64,000 bases of DNA from an uncultured Treponemataceae bacterium. GTDB taxonomy: Bacteria > Spirochaetota > Spirochaetia > Treponematales > Treponemataceae. The notes beneath the pieces were generated by a model. That model did not search any database and had not been told where the DNA came from. It saw only the letters and a program-made list of their open reading frames with translations. The DNA lies in assembly GCA_964370315.1 (NCBI GenBank), contig CAYJIS010000002.1, forward strand, positions 35,753 through 99,752. The letters run 5' to 3'. Positions 17,778 to 27,568 of this stretch are shown one piece after another. Each line of letters opens with the position of its first letter. Position 1 is the first letter of the stretch. The position numbers and the translations under genes were made by a program.

Positions 17778-19361
17778 ATGAAAAAAATTATTTTTATTAT
17801 TTTATCTGTGATATTATTGTCTTCCTGTAAACTGTTTAACACTACCGAAAATAGATATGTAGGCTTACAACGACCGGAAGTTCCAAAAGAATTTGCACCT
17901 CCTCCAGAAGATGCAAATCCGAATGGAGTTATTCTTGTATACGAAGACGGAAGCTTAATGTTACCCCCTAAAGAAGAACGACCACAAGGCAAAAGCTTAT
18001 ACTCCGTACATGTTTATGTAGCTCCAAATGATACGTATACCCCAAACCTTACTAGCGCATATTCTAACTTTGGCATGCAATTAAAAACAACAGGTACTCC
18101 TCCTACCAATGCTCAATCGTTATCATCCCACAACTCAGAGTTAGAAAGCTCCCTGCAAACTATTGCGTTTGATAATGACTTATATACTCATCCTTACACC
18201 CACCCAGAAAGTACTGGAGAAAATATATACTTTCAAAGTGAGCAATCTAGCAGCAATTATAACCTCGTTAACAGCCGCGCTTTTATAGGAGAACAACAAA
18301 GCATCACAACTGGTGGTCAGGGTGGCAGTGATATTAGAAATATCACTATCGAATGTGTAGCTTCAACGGCCCACGCTGATTTTTTTATAGAGACTGCTTA
18401 TAAATCGTCCTTTGAAAAATATAAAACAGAATACGCAAATAGATTTGAGTCACATTACAATAAAATGATAACAGATTTTCGAAGTCCCACATCAAGAGTA
18501 AAAGTAATGATTGTACTCTACCCTTCAGGTATTAGTGGAACAATTGAAAATGGCGGTGTTAGTGTAAACATTAACGAGCTATTATATGGTAATGGGGTCG
18601 TAGGATCTGATTATGATGACTTAGTTGGACTTTCTGTTGCAACAGTTTTTCATGAAATGCAGCATATGATTTTTAGACAAGCAAGAGGTGCCATGGAGCT
18701 TTCATCTGGTGCTATATGGCTCGAAGAAGGATTATCGGAGTATGCAAGAGATATTACCTCTTTTGATAAAGAAAATGATGTAAGACTCTTATTTGGGAGC
18801 TTGGGAACAAAAGGCTTACTGAGCTTTGGTGGAAGTGTTCCGAGTGATGTGAGAAACAGCTATAGTTTAAGTTATTTATTTGTCCAATACCTCATAGACA
18901 GGTTTGGGATAGGTATAATTGATGAGCTTTATGAACCAGGCCCTCCTCTGGGTAGCGAGGCTGATACAAAACCACGTAGTGATGGGGTGCATCCTTTAAG
19001 TGCTGCAACTGGAATTTATTTTGATGAATTATATTTTGATTTTGCAATAGCCGTTGCCATCCATGGATTAAAAGCGTATGATGCAAATATTCCAGCTAAG
19101 TATAGGTTTACAACACCTTTTAGAAAAACAGATAGAGATGGTAATTTTGTAGATGATGAGCTTGTAACGGTTGTGGCTATTCCTGCTGATGCTGGTGGCA
19201 CGGGAGAAATAGAAGGTGGAATTCGCCAAGTAAAAAATCACTTAAACCCATTTGCCGTTAAAGTATATAAATGGGAAGGGGATGTCGATACCATAGAGGT
19301 TCCTGTTCCTTTAAATAAAAATTACGCAATTATCAAAAGCGCTGTGTTTTACGCAGATTAA
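17778..19361 (+). CDS. Lipoprotein with a gluzincin-type zinc metalloprotease motif
   Basis: 527 aa. Lipobox LLSSC. HEMQH is followed about 20 residues later by WLEEGLSEY (an HExxH...E arrangement). Confidence 0.65.
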   Translation: MKKIIFIILSVILLSSCKLFNTTENRYVGLQRPEVPKEFAPPPEDANPNGVILVYEDGSLMLPPKEERPQGKSLYSVHVYVAPNDTYTPNLTSAYSNFGMQLKTTGTPPTNAQSLSSHNSELESSLQTIAFDNDLYTHPYTHPESTGENIYFQSEQSSSNYNLVNSRAFIGEQQSITTGGQGGSDIRNITIECVASTAHADFFIETAYKSSFEKYKTEYANRFESHYNKMITDFRSPTSRVKVMIVLYPSGISGTIENGGVSVNINELLYGNGVVGSDYDDLVGLSVATVFHEMQHMIFRQARGAMELSSGAIWLEEGLSEYARDITSFDKENDVRLLFGSLGTKGLLSFGGSVPSDVRNSYSLSYLFVQYLIDRFGIGIIDELYEPGPPLGSEADTKPRSDGVHPLSAATGIYFDELYFDFAIAVAIHGLKAYDANIPAKYRFTTPFRKTDRDGNFVDDELVTVVAIPADAGGTGEIEGGIRQVKNHLNPFAVKVYKWEGDVDTIEVPVPLNKNYAIIKSAVFYAD

Positions 19362-19373
19362 AAAAGAGAAAAT

Positions 19374-20939
19374 ATGAAAAAATTATGTCTAATACCCCTT
19401 TTATGTCTCCTTTTAAGTAGTTGTCCTTCATTATTTGAGAAAACAACAGGAGCAAATCCAAACGATTATGATATACACATCTATTCAGCCCAAGACCTCA
19501 TGGACTTTCGAGATGATGCAAATGCAAATAGAAATGGTGCTCGAAGTGCTAGTGTTCTATTAATGAATAATATAACACTACCTAAAACAAACTGGGTGCC
19601 AATAAGTACATTTAGTGGTATATTTAATGGAAATGATTACACCATTTTTGGTTTGTATTTTTTAGATGGAAAGGATGAAAACACAAGCAACATAGGCTTA
19701 TTCAATACAATTGACAAAGGTGGTGGAATTAATACAGAAATTAAAAATCTCACAATTGAAGATGCTTATATTAATGCACATGACCGAGTAGGAGCCATTG
19801 CCTCAAGAATAGAGTATGATGTAAAAATAACAAATACAAAAGTAGTCTTTTCATACATAATTGGTAATAACCAGGTTGGTGGCTTTGTTGGTAGCAGTGA
19901 TGGAATAATCGATAATTGCTTTAATTACGCTTATGTAGAAGGCTTTTCTGAGGTTGGCGGAATCGCTGGAGAAAAAGGCAATCACAGCAACGATAATGTA
20001 TGGAAAACTCGAATTACAAACACAATTCATGCAGGAATTGTGCAGGGTAACTTAACGTTTGATAGCTCTTATGTAGGAGGCATAGTTGGCAATAGCGTGT
20101 ATGCAACAGTAATACAAAATTGCAAAAACATTGGAGAAGTTACAGCAGTCGGCGGTAATGTAGGTGGGATTACTGGAAAATCAGAAAGTGACCAAATAAT
20201 TAACTGTAGCAACGAAGGTTTAGTACAGGGTTCTGCAAGATATGTAGGCGGCATCACAGGTCATATAGGAGAAAAAGACGATTGGGCTGCAACCAAAATT
20301 GTTTCATGTGTAAATGAAGGACTCGTTATCGGTGACAATAAATCCATCGGGGGTATTGCTGGGGCAAATTGGCGAGACAGTATAATCGAAGGTTCTTATA
20401 ATATTGGAACAGTGCGAAGCACAGGCTTAAACCCTCCAAAAAACAGTGAACCTGGAGCTGCTGCTGGATTAGCAGGAGAAAACCTCGGTAGAATTCAAGG
20501 TTCTTTTAATGCAGGAAAAGTAGAAGCTCTTGGTGGATCTGAAGGAGATATTAGAACAAGCTATATAGCAGGTCTTGTAGGAAGCAACAGTGGTACTATT
20601 ATTGCTGCTTATAATATAGGTTTTATTTATGAAGCAGTAAAGGCAAAAGAGGGTGGCTCTCTAGTAGGTGAAAACACAGGAACTTTAATTTCAACGTACA
20701 ATGCAGGCCTTCTAAACAGCGGAAATAGCAGACAAATTGTTGGTCTTAATTCTGGGAGACTTGAAAACACTTATTTTGCAGATCCGACATCAAATGAAGA
20801 AGGTGCCCTACCATCAGTTGGCTCTATTAATAATAAAATTGGTGTAATGAATGAATCTATATCCAATTATAACGCTGGTTCAGTAGACCACCGTTTTAGA
20901 CTTGGAAACAACGCTCCATCTCTATACAAACTAGATTAA
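19374..20939 (+). CDS. Lipoprotein with GLUG-motif repeats
   Basis: 521 aa. Lipobox LLSSC. Repeated units every 20-25 aa: VGGFVG, VGGIAG, VGGIVG, VGGITG, VGGITG, IGGIAG, AAGLAG, IAGLVG. Confidence 0.65.
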   Translation: MKKLCLIPLLCLLLSSCPSLFEKTTGANPNDYDIHIYSAQDLMDFRDDANANRNGARSASVLLMNNITLPKTNWVPISTFSGIFNGNDYTIFGLYFLDGKDENTSNIGLFNTIDKGGGINTEIKNLTIEDAYINAHDRVGAIASRIEYDVKITNTKVVFSYIIGNNQVGGFVGSSDGIIDNCFNYAYVEGFSEVGGIAGEKGNHSNDNVWKTRITNTIHAGIVQGNLTFDSSYVGGIVGNSVYATVIQNCKNIGEVTAVGGNVGGITGKSESDQIINCSNEGLVQGSARYVGGITGHIGEKDDWAATKIVSCVNEGLVIGDNKSIGGIAGANWRDSIIEGSYNIGTVRSTGLNPPKNSEPGAAAGLAGENLGRIQGSFNAGKVEALGGSEGDIRTSYIAGLVGSNSGTIIAAYNIGFIYEAVKAKEGGSLVGENTGTLISTYNAGLLNSGNSRQIVGLNSGRLENTYFADPTSNEEGALPSVGSINNKIGVMNESISNYNAGSVDHRFRLGNNAPSLYKLD

Positions 20940-20982
20940 TAATTTGATGGTGGTCGCAAAAAAAGAGTATTGGTGAAAATAA

Positions 20983-21636
20983 TTGGCGAATAATAACTAT
21001 GATCTTTTATTTCATGAAGAAATAGAATCAATAATAAAAAACCCTCTATACAAAGAAAAGCAACCAAGGTTACTCTTGCATGTCTGTTGCGCTCCATGTT
21101 CTTCAGCTGTATTAGAACGCCTTAGAGGCTATTTCGATATTACGGTATACTATTACAACCCGAACATACATCCTGAAACTGAATACACCAGGCGCTTAAA
21201 TGAGCTAAAAGACTTTTTAGATGCAATAGTTGAAAAAAGCACAACTATTTCACTTGAAAAACTCAAATATATTGTTACAGATTACAACCCTGAAGACTAT
21301 TTTAACGCTGTTGAGACAGAAAAAAAGCCAGAAAGAAAAACAGAAAGAGAAAGAGGAGAACGCTGCCTTTCTTGTTACTCATTCCGCCTAAGAAAAACAG
21401 CTCAGTATGCTAATGAAAATGGTTTCGATTATTTTACTACAGTTCTTTCTATTAGCCCACACAAAGATGCAGAAGCAATAAACACAATCGGTAAAAAATT
21501 AGAAAATGAATTTAATTGTTCTTTTTTGTATGCAGATTTTAAAAAAAGAAATGGATACAAAAGAAGCCTTGAATTATCAGCCGAGTTTGAATTGTACAGA
21601 CAAAAATATTGCGGTTGTGTTTTCTCACAACGTTAA
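20983..21636 (+). CDS. queH: Epoxyqueuosine reductase QueH (DUF208 family)
   Basis: 217 aa. LLLHVCCAPCSS plus C-terminal CxxC-type cysteines (CLSCY, YCGCVFS). The TTG start is uncertain. Confidence 0.8.
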   Translation: MANNNYDLLFHEEIESIIKNPLYKEKQPRLLLHVCCAPCSSAVLERLRGYFDITVYYYNPNIHPETEYTRRLNELKDFLDAIVEKSTTISLEKLKYIVTDYNPEDYFNAVETEKKPERKTERERGERCLSCYSFRLRKTAQYANENGFDYFTTVLSISPHKDAEAINTIGKKLENEFNCSFLYADFKKRNGYKRSLELSAEFELYRQKYCGCVFSQR

Positions 21637-21646
21637 ATCCTTAATA

Positions 21647-21686
21647 TAAAAAGGGCGATGTGTTTTACTACACATCGCCCTTTTCA
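21647..21686. terminator. Bidirectional rho-independent terminator between convergent queH and hydA
   Basis: 12-bp perfect stem AAGGGCGATGTG / CACATCGCCCTT (21651-21662 and 21671-21682), with an A-run on one side and a T-run on the other. Confidence 0.8.
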
Positions 21687-21702
21687 TTAGAATAACAACC
21701 TC

Positions 21703-23442
21703 TTAGTTATACAAATCGCGCTTTGTATAGGTTGTGTGAAAGAGATGATGCGCTTTTCCTTTATTTGGTTCTCCAAAATAATCCTTATAAGCTTTTAAGA
21801 CAAGTGGATTCTTATGTGAAACGCGAATTTCACTTAATTTATCGTCCTTATAAAGACCACCTGCTCGCATTTTTCGGATTTCATCAGTTGCCCCATATGG
21901 TTGTCCACCACCAGCAACACATCCACCACGGCAAGCCATCACTTCGATAAAGTGATATGAAGGCTCTTTTCCTTCTGCTATCTCTTGTCTAATTTGCTTT
22001 ACAACTTTGTCAACATTACCTAGCTGGTGGATTACAGCAACTTTTACCTTTACATCACCAACTTGTACTTCAGCCCCTTTTACACCATCAAGACCTCGCA
22101 CTGGATGATAATCAAGATCTGCAAGTTCATCTTTTGTAACAAAATTGTATGCAGACCTAATCGCTGCTTCCATAACCCCACCAGTTGCTCCAAAAATGGT
22201 ACCTGCACCTGAGTATGGGCCAAGTGGATTATCTGGCTCTGAATCTTCAAGATCAGTAAAATCGATTCCTGCTTGACGAATAAGACGAGCAAACTCTCTT
22301 GTAGTAATTACTTCATCAACATCTGGAGTCCCAGTTGAATTCATTGTTTCATTTCTATGAGCTTCATATTTTTTTGCCGTACAAGGCATAATAGATAAAC
22401 TGAAAATTTCTTCCGGTTTTAACCCTACTTGCTCTGCCCAGTAGTTCTTAATAGTTGCACCCATTATTTGTTGTGGACTCTTTGCACTTGAAAGGTTAGG
22501 AAGCATATCATGATAATTTTTTTCACAATAGTCTACCCATCCCGGACAACAACTTGTAAACAGAGGTAAAACACCTCCAGTTGTTAATCGCTCTACAAAC
22601 TCTGTTGCTTCTTCCATAATAGTAAGGTCTGCAGAATAATTTGTATCAAAAACATAATTAAACCCTATTCTTCGTAGAGCTGTATAAATTTTCTTTGTAG
22701 AAATTTCACCTGGTGCAAGACCAAATTCTTCTCCGATTGCAACACGAACAGAAGGAGCCATTTGAACTACACAAGTGAATTTTTCATCACCAAGTCTATC
22801 CCAAATTTTTCTATTTGAATGAGTTGAAGCAATTGCTCCTGTTGGACAGTGTACAGCACATTGTCCACAACGAATACATGGACTGTTTGCAAGGTTTACT
22901 CCGGAAACAGGCCCAATCATCGTCTTGTTTCCACGTCCGGTATATTCAAGAGCCCAAACGTTTTGTAATTTTTGACAAGATTCTACACAACGACCACAGT
23001 TAATACATTTATTTCTATCCAATACAATAGCATCATTAGAATCATCTATAGGTTGATCTTTTAAGATTTTTTCAAATCGTACTTCCCTAAGACCAAAGTC
23101 AGCAGCAAGGTCTTGCAATTCACATTTTCCGCTTCTAACACACTTCAGACAATCATCTGGATGATTTGAAAGTATAAGCTCAAGAACTGTTCTTCTTGAT
23201 TGCACAATTTCAGGGTCATGTGTTATTAAATCCATTCCCTCTGTTACCTCCGTACAACACGCTCTCATCATACGGGCAGTACCAGCTGCACGAACAACAC
23301 AAATACCACATGATGCCCATGCTGGAAGATCCGGGTTGTGACATAGTGTTGGTATTTGGACATTTAATTTTTTTGCAGCATCTAAAATTGAAGAACCTTT
23401 AGGCACTTGAACTTCTTTGCCGTTTATTTTTAAGTTTACCAT
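21703..23442 (-). CDS. hydA: [FeFe] hydrogenase catalytic subunit (HydA, M3-type with N-terminal 2Fe-2S and 4Fe-4S domains)
   Basis: 579 aa. H-cluster motifs TSCCPGW, MPCTAKKYE and EVMACRGGCVAGGGQP. N-terminal ferredoxin-like Cys clusters (CINCGRCVESC, CIRCGQCAVHCP). Confidence 0.95.
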   Translation of the reverse strand: MVNLKINGKEVQVPKGSSILDAAKKLNVQIPTLCHNPDLPAWASCGICVVRAAGTARMMRACCTEVTEGMDLITHDPEIVQSRRTVLELILSNHPDDCLKCVRSGKCELQDLAADFGLREVRFEKILKDQPIDDSNDAIVLDRNKCINCGRCVESCQKLQNVWALEYTGRGNKTMIGPVSGVNLANSPCIRCGQCAVHCPTGAIASTHSNRKIWDRLGDEKFTCVVQMAPSVRVAIGEEFGLAPGEISTKKIYTALRRIGFNYVFDTNYSADLTIMEEATEFVERLTTGGVLPLFTSCCPGWVDYCEKNYHDMLPNLSSAKSPQQIMGATIKNYWAEQVGLKPEEIFSLSIMPCTAKKYEAHRNETMNSTGTPDVDEVITTREFARLIRQAGIDFTDLEDSEPDNPLGPYSGAGTIFGATGGVMEAAIRSAYNFVTKDELADLDYHPVRGLDGVKGAEVQVGDVKVKVAVIHQLGNVDKVVKQIRQEIAEGKEPSYHFIEVMACRGGCVAGGGQPYGATDEIRKMRAGGLYKDDKLSEIRVSHKNPLVLKAYKDYFGEPNKGKAHHLFHTTYTKRDLYN

Positions 23443-23456
23443 AACGTCTTCTCCTA

Positions 23457-25238
23457 TTAGCCTTTATCAATTGCATTAAATTTACAGGTTCTTTCGCATT
23501 CACCACATTTAATACATTTTGCTTGGTCAATAACATGGCGCTCTTTTCTTTCGCCAGCAATACAATTAACAGGGCATTTTCTTGCACAGGCTGTACAACC
23601 AATACATTTTTCATTAATAACGAACGATGTAAGATTTTTACATTTTCCTGCATCACATTTTTTATCAGTAATGTGTGAAAGGTATTCATTTCTAAACTTT
23701 TTTAGTGTTGAAATTGTTGGGTTTGGAGCAGACTGACCAAGAGCACAAAGTGAAGACTTTCTCATTGCAAGGGCTATATCTTCAAGTCTTTCAATATCGT
23801 CTAGCTCTCCTTGCCCTTTTGAAATCTTATCAAGAATGCCATATAACTGCCTTGTACCAATACGACACGGTGAACATTTTCCACATGATTCATCAACACA
23901 GAATTCCATATAAAATTTAGCAACGTCAACTACACAGTCGTCCTCGTCCATAACAATCATACCACCTGAGCCCATCATAGACCCAAGTTTTACCAAAGCT
24001 CCAAAATCAATAGGTGTATCCAAATGTTCTTCAGTGATAATACCACCAGAAGGGCCGCCTGTTTGAACTCCCTTAAATTTTTTACCATCCTTGATGCCAC
24101 CACCAATTTCGAAAATAATTTCTCTCAAAGTAGTTCCCATCGGAACTTCAACAAGACCAGAGTTTTCAATTTTTCCAGTAAGGGCAAAAACTTTTGTGCC
24201 TTTTGAATCTTCTGTTCCAATAGAACTAAACCAATCTGCACCTTTCGTAATAATTACAGGTATATTTGCCCATGTTTCAACATTGTTAATAATTGTTGGT
24301 TTTCCCCACAATCCAGATTGAGCCGGAAACGGAGGCTTAGGCGTTGGCATACCACGAAGACCTTCGATTGACCGTAAAAGAGCCGTCTCTTCACCGCAAA
24401 CAAAAGCCCCAGCACCAAGTCTGATTTCAATATCAAAATCAAAACCTGAACCAAGAATATTTTGGCCTAAAAGTCCATTTTCCTGAGCTTGCTCCATGGC
24501 AATCTTTAGTCGATCAATAGCTAAAGGGTATTCTGCTCGTATATATACAAAGCCTTTGTTTGCCCCTATTGCTTTACCACAAATAGTCATAGCTTCAATA
24601 ACTGAATGCGGATCACCTTCAATTGTTGATCGGTCCATATAGGCACCTGGGTCACCCTCATCTGCATTACAAACTACGTATTTTTCATCTCCGGGTGCTT
24701 TAAAACATGCATCCCATTTAAAGCCGGTAGGAAAACCACCGCCACCGCGACCCTTTAATCCTGATTTAAGAACTTCTTGTATTATTTCTTCTTGACTCAT
24801 ATCAAAAAGAGCTTTTTCAAGTGCTAAGTACCCATCACGAGCAATATACTCTGTAATATCCTCTGGGTTGATTAAACCACAGTTTCTTAACACAATTCGT
24901 AATTGCTTTTGATAAAACTCTATCTCGTGAGATTCGCCGCCAGATTTTTTCTCTTTACTATACAAAAGACGTTCTACTTCGCGCCCTTTTACTATTTGCT
25001 CTGCAATAATATCTTTTGCATCTTCGGGTTTTACCTCCACATAAAAAGAATCTTCTGGTAAAACTTTAACTATAGGTCCTTTTTCACAAAAACCAAAACA
25101 ACCAGTTTTTACTATTTGCACCTTGTTTTCTACGCCGAAATTTTTTGCTTCAGCGTGTAAATTATTATAAATTGCGTCTGCACTGGTGGATTCGCATGCG
25201 GTTCCACCACAAACTAAAATATAGTGTGTGTAAGCCAT
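23457..25238 (-). CDS. hydB: NuoF-like NAD(P)H-binding flavoprotein subunit of a bifurcating hydrogenase (HydB)
   Basis: 593 aa. GRGGGGFPTGFKW (FMN site), CGEETALLRSIEG, CGKCSPCR, and a C-terminal 2x[4Fe-4S] domain (CIGCTACARKCP, CIKCGECERTC). Confidence 0.93.
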   Translation of the reverse strand: MAYTHYILVCGGTACESTSADAIYNNLHAEAKNFGVENKVQIVKTGCFGFCEKGPIVKVLPEDSFYVEVKPEDAKDIIAEQIVKGREVERLLYSKEKKSGGESHEIEFYQKQLRIVLRNCGLINPEDITEYIARDGYLALEKALFDMSQEEIIQEVLKSGLKGRGGGGFPTGFKWDACFKAPGDEKYVVCNADEGDPGAYMDRSTIEGDPHSVIEAMTICGKAIGANKGFVYIRAEYPLAIDRLKIAMEQAQENGLLGQNILGSGFDFDIEIRLGAGAFVCGEETALLRSIEGLRGMPTPKPPFPAQSGLWGKPTIINNVETWANIPVIITKGADWFSSIGTEDSKGTKVFALTGKIENSGLVEVPMGTTLREIIFEIGGGIKDGKKFKGVQTGGPSGGIITEEHLDTPIDFGALVKLGSMMGSGGMIVMDEDDCVVDVAKFYMEFCVDESCGKCSPCRIGTRQLYGILDKISKGQGELDDIERLEDIALAMRKSSLCALGQSAPNPTISTLKKFRNEYLSHITDKKCDAGKCKNLTSFVINEKCIGCTACARKCPVNCIAGERKERHVIDQAKCIKCGECERTCKFNAIDKG

Positions 25239-25247
25239 GTGAATCTC

Positions 25248-25643
25248 CTAGTTTTTTACAATATCAATTGACGGTCGGTCAATGATATGTTTATCTAACA
25301 TACTTTTATTGATTATATGTTGTTCAACAATCCGCCCAACAACATCTGCAGTTACATCGCCATAAATTACAGCCGGCATATCAGGAACGATAACTTCAAC
25401 TGTTGGCTCTTTTGCACAAGCACCCATACAACCAGTTTGACGAATATTTGCATTATCGTTTAAACCTTTTTTTTGTAGTTCACTTATAAATGCTTCCAGT
25501 GTTTCTTTTGCCCCTGCTGCAATACCACATGTACCCATACCGACAATAATCTGGACCGTCTTTCCATCTGTATCTCGTCGGTTAATTTCGATTTGTTTTT
25601 CTCCACGAAGTTTTCTTAATTCTTCAAGAGACATTTTTGCCAT
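25248..25643 (-). CDS. Thioredoxin-like [2Fe-2S] ferredoxin
   Basis: 131 aa. Cys pairs in GMGTCGIAAGA and QTGCMGACAKEP. Lies within the hyd operon. Confidence 0.8.
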   Translation of the reverse strand: MAKMSLEELRKLRGEKQIEINRRDTDGKTVQIIVGMGTCGIAAGAKETLEAFISELQKKGLNDNANIRQTGCMGACAKEPTVEVIVPDMPAVIYGDVTADVVGRIVEQHIINKSMLDKHIIDRPSIDIVKN

Positions 25644-25682
25644 AATCTTCTCCTTAGATTAATTATTGTACCGTCTTTCGTC

Positions 25683-26228
25683 TTAATCTTCTTCTTGACT
25701 TTGAATATAATCTCCTAACAAAGCCAATTCTCCAACTGATTCTAATCCGCCAAGTGCGTCCAATAATTCAGTTTTTCTTAAACAATATTCCAGGTTATTT
25801 GTTGCCGTTTCTTTTTTTCTAGTAATTATTAACTCATAATCACCTGGTAGCGTTAAAATCTGTCTAAATAACCCTTGTACATTTCCAATGGGAGGTGTAT
25901 CAATGTTACCTAAATCAAAGAGCATTGAAACTTTTGTCCCTACGCTTTCTTTAGATATAATATCCCACTCACCGTTTGTACTCATTGCTGTTTGCATTAA
26001 AAAAGGAATCCCCAATCCAACTTTTCGGTTTGGGTGCTTAATTCCATCGGTATAAAAAGGATCTTTTACCCGTTTTAATGTTTCAGCACTCATGCCTATT
26101 CCATTATCTTTTATAACAATACTAAGATTTTTCTCTGTTTCAAAAAAGTCGACTTCTATTAGTGAAGAATGTGCTTCTGTAGAGTTTTGTGTTAGGTCGG
26201 CGATTAGATCACAGAGGGTGTAATGCAT
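25683..26228 (-). CDS. Stand-alone GHKL (histidine-kinase-like) ATPase domain protein within the hyd operon
   Basis: 181 aa. N-box-like DLTQNSTEA, G1 DNGIGM, G2 GLGIPF. No HisKA or phospho-acceptor His region. Confidence 0.75.
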   Translation of the reverse strand: MHYTLCDLIADLTQNSTEAHSSLIEVDFFETEKNLSIVIKDNGIGMSAETLKRVKDPFYTDGIKHPNRKVGLGIPFLMQTAMSTNGEWDIISKESVGTKVSMLFDLGNIDTPPIGNVQGLFRQILTLPGDYELIITRKKETATNNLEYCLRKTELLDALGGLESVGELALLGDYIQSQEED

Positions 26229-26229
26229 G

Positions 26230-26712
26230 TTATGCAGTTTTATATTTATCTAGAACTTCTGACATTTGCCCTTTAACAAGCTTCCCATATACATCTCCAT
26301 TTACTGTTAACACAGGAGCAAGCCCGCAGCAGCCAATGCATCGTACTGGTTCAACAGAAAACAATCCATCTGCAGTTGCTGCATCTTCAGGATCAAGTCC
26401 AAGAAGATCTCTCGCTTCATCAATAAGGTCTTGCCCACCTTTTAGATAACAAGCTGTTCCTAAGCAAACACTAATTCTGTTTTTACCGGGTTTTTTTGTT
26501 TTAAAGAAATGATAGAAAGACATAACACCATACACTCTCGCCAAGTGACTTCCTGTTCTGTCTGCAACTGCCTGAGCTGCTTCTTTAGAAATATAACCTT
26601 GTTCTTCCTGAACTCTATGAAGAACCATGATTAGATTGCCTGGCTTTTCGTTCCATTCGTCAATAAAAGCCTCAAGCTCTTTTGAAAAGCCAGCATCCGT
26701 CATCTGTGCCAT
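26230..26712 (-). CDS. hydC: NuoE-like [2Fe-2S] subunit (HydC)
   Basis: 160 aa. CLGTACYLKGG ... CIGCCGLAPV. Confidence 0.9.
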   Translation of the reverse strand: MAQMTDAGFSKELEAFIDEWNEKPGNLIMVLHRVQEEQGYISKEAAQAVADRTGSHLARVYGVMSFYHFFKTKKPGKNRISVCLGTACYLKGGQDLIDEARDLLGLDPEDAATADGLFSVEPVRCIGCCGLAPVLTVNGDVYGKLVKGQMSEVLDKYKTA

Positions 26713-26751
26713 ATAACTCTCCTTTAATGTATATTTTTTTATCTTTTCTAT

Positions 26752-26780
26752 AGTATAGCTATCTTATCTTATTTAGTCAA
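26752..26780 (-). promoter_or_regulatory. Putative promoter of the hyd operon
   Basis: The minus strand reads TTGACT, a 17-nt spacer, then TATACT. RBS AAAGGAGAG lies before the ATG at 26712. Confidence 0.45.
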
Positions 26781-26813
26781 GGTTATAAATTGGCTATAAT
26801 GATTAACTGTCTC

Positions 26814-27533
26814 TTACCACTCAAGATTAAGATTTATTTCTGAAGTATTAACCAAAAAGCTTAAAAGAGAAATATCTACTCTTGCGGTGTTTTCAGAATA
26901 TTTAATTTCACCAATTGTTTCTGGATAAAGCTGTGCATTTTTAATACTTTTTGGAACCTCCATATCAAAAGAAATGATACTATCGGTTAAGTCTTCTAGT
27001 ATTGCAGGGCCATAAATAGAGCTCATAAAAGAAAGATACTCTTCTTCGCTCATTTTTTCTCCTGTAAAAACAGGCGCCATAAGCAACTCAAGATAAACAA
27101 GGTTTTCACTTCCCATTAAAGAAAGAAGGGCATCTAATGTTTCGTTATTAATATGCAAATCCATCTTTCCACCAGCAGAAGTGTTTTCAAAAGCAATTAA
27201 CTGGTCTCCAGTTGGAACAATTTCATTTATATCTTTTATTTTTCCAGAAAGCATAATATCAGCCGTTCCTACGGATGAAACACTTACTAAATCGATTTCT
27301 GACATCTCAAAACTTTTTTCGATAACACTTTTATCAAAAACACTCACAGATTGCCCCGCACCAGCAAAAGAGCGAATCAAACTTTCAACATTTTTACTCG
27401 CGGTTGTTTTGTACGAAAAATCTGCTGCTGAGCTTTCGTTTATCGACACAGTTGCATTTGTTGTGCAAGAAAGAAAAACAATCCCTGCAAATAAAAGAAT
27501 AAAACTATTTTTCAAAACATTATTTTTTTTCAT
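26814..27533 (-). CDS. Hypothetical lipoprotein
   Basis: 239 aa. Signal peptide with lipobox VFLSC. No motif recognised. Confidence 0.6.
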   Translation of the reverse strand: MKKNNVLKNSFILLFAGIVFLSCTTNATVSINESSAADFSYKTTASKNVESLIRSFAGAGQSVSVFDKSVIEKSFEMSEIDLVSVSSVGTADIMLSGKIKDINEIVPTGDQLIAFENTSAGGKMDLHINNETLDALLSLMGSENLVYLELLMAPVFTGEKMSEEEYLSFMSSIYGPAILEDLTDSIISFDMEVPKSIKNAQLYPETIGEIKYSENTARVDISLLSFLVNTSEINLNLEW

Positions 27534-27568
27534 ACCAATCCTTATTCTCCACTAGTACATATTACTAA

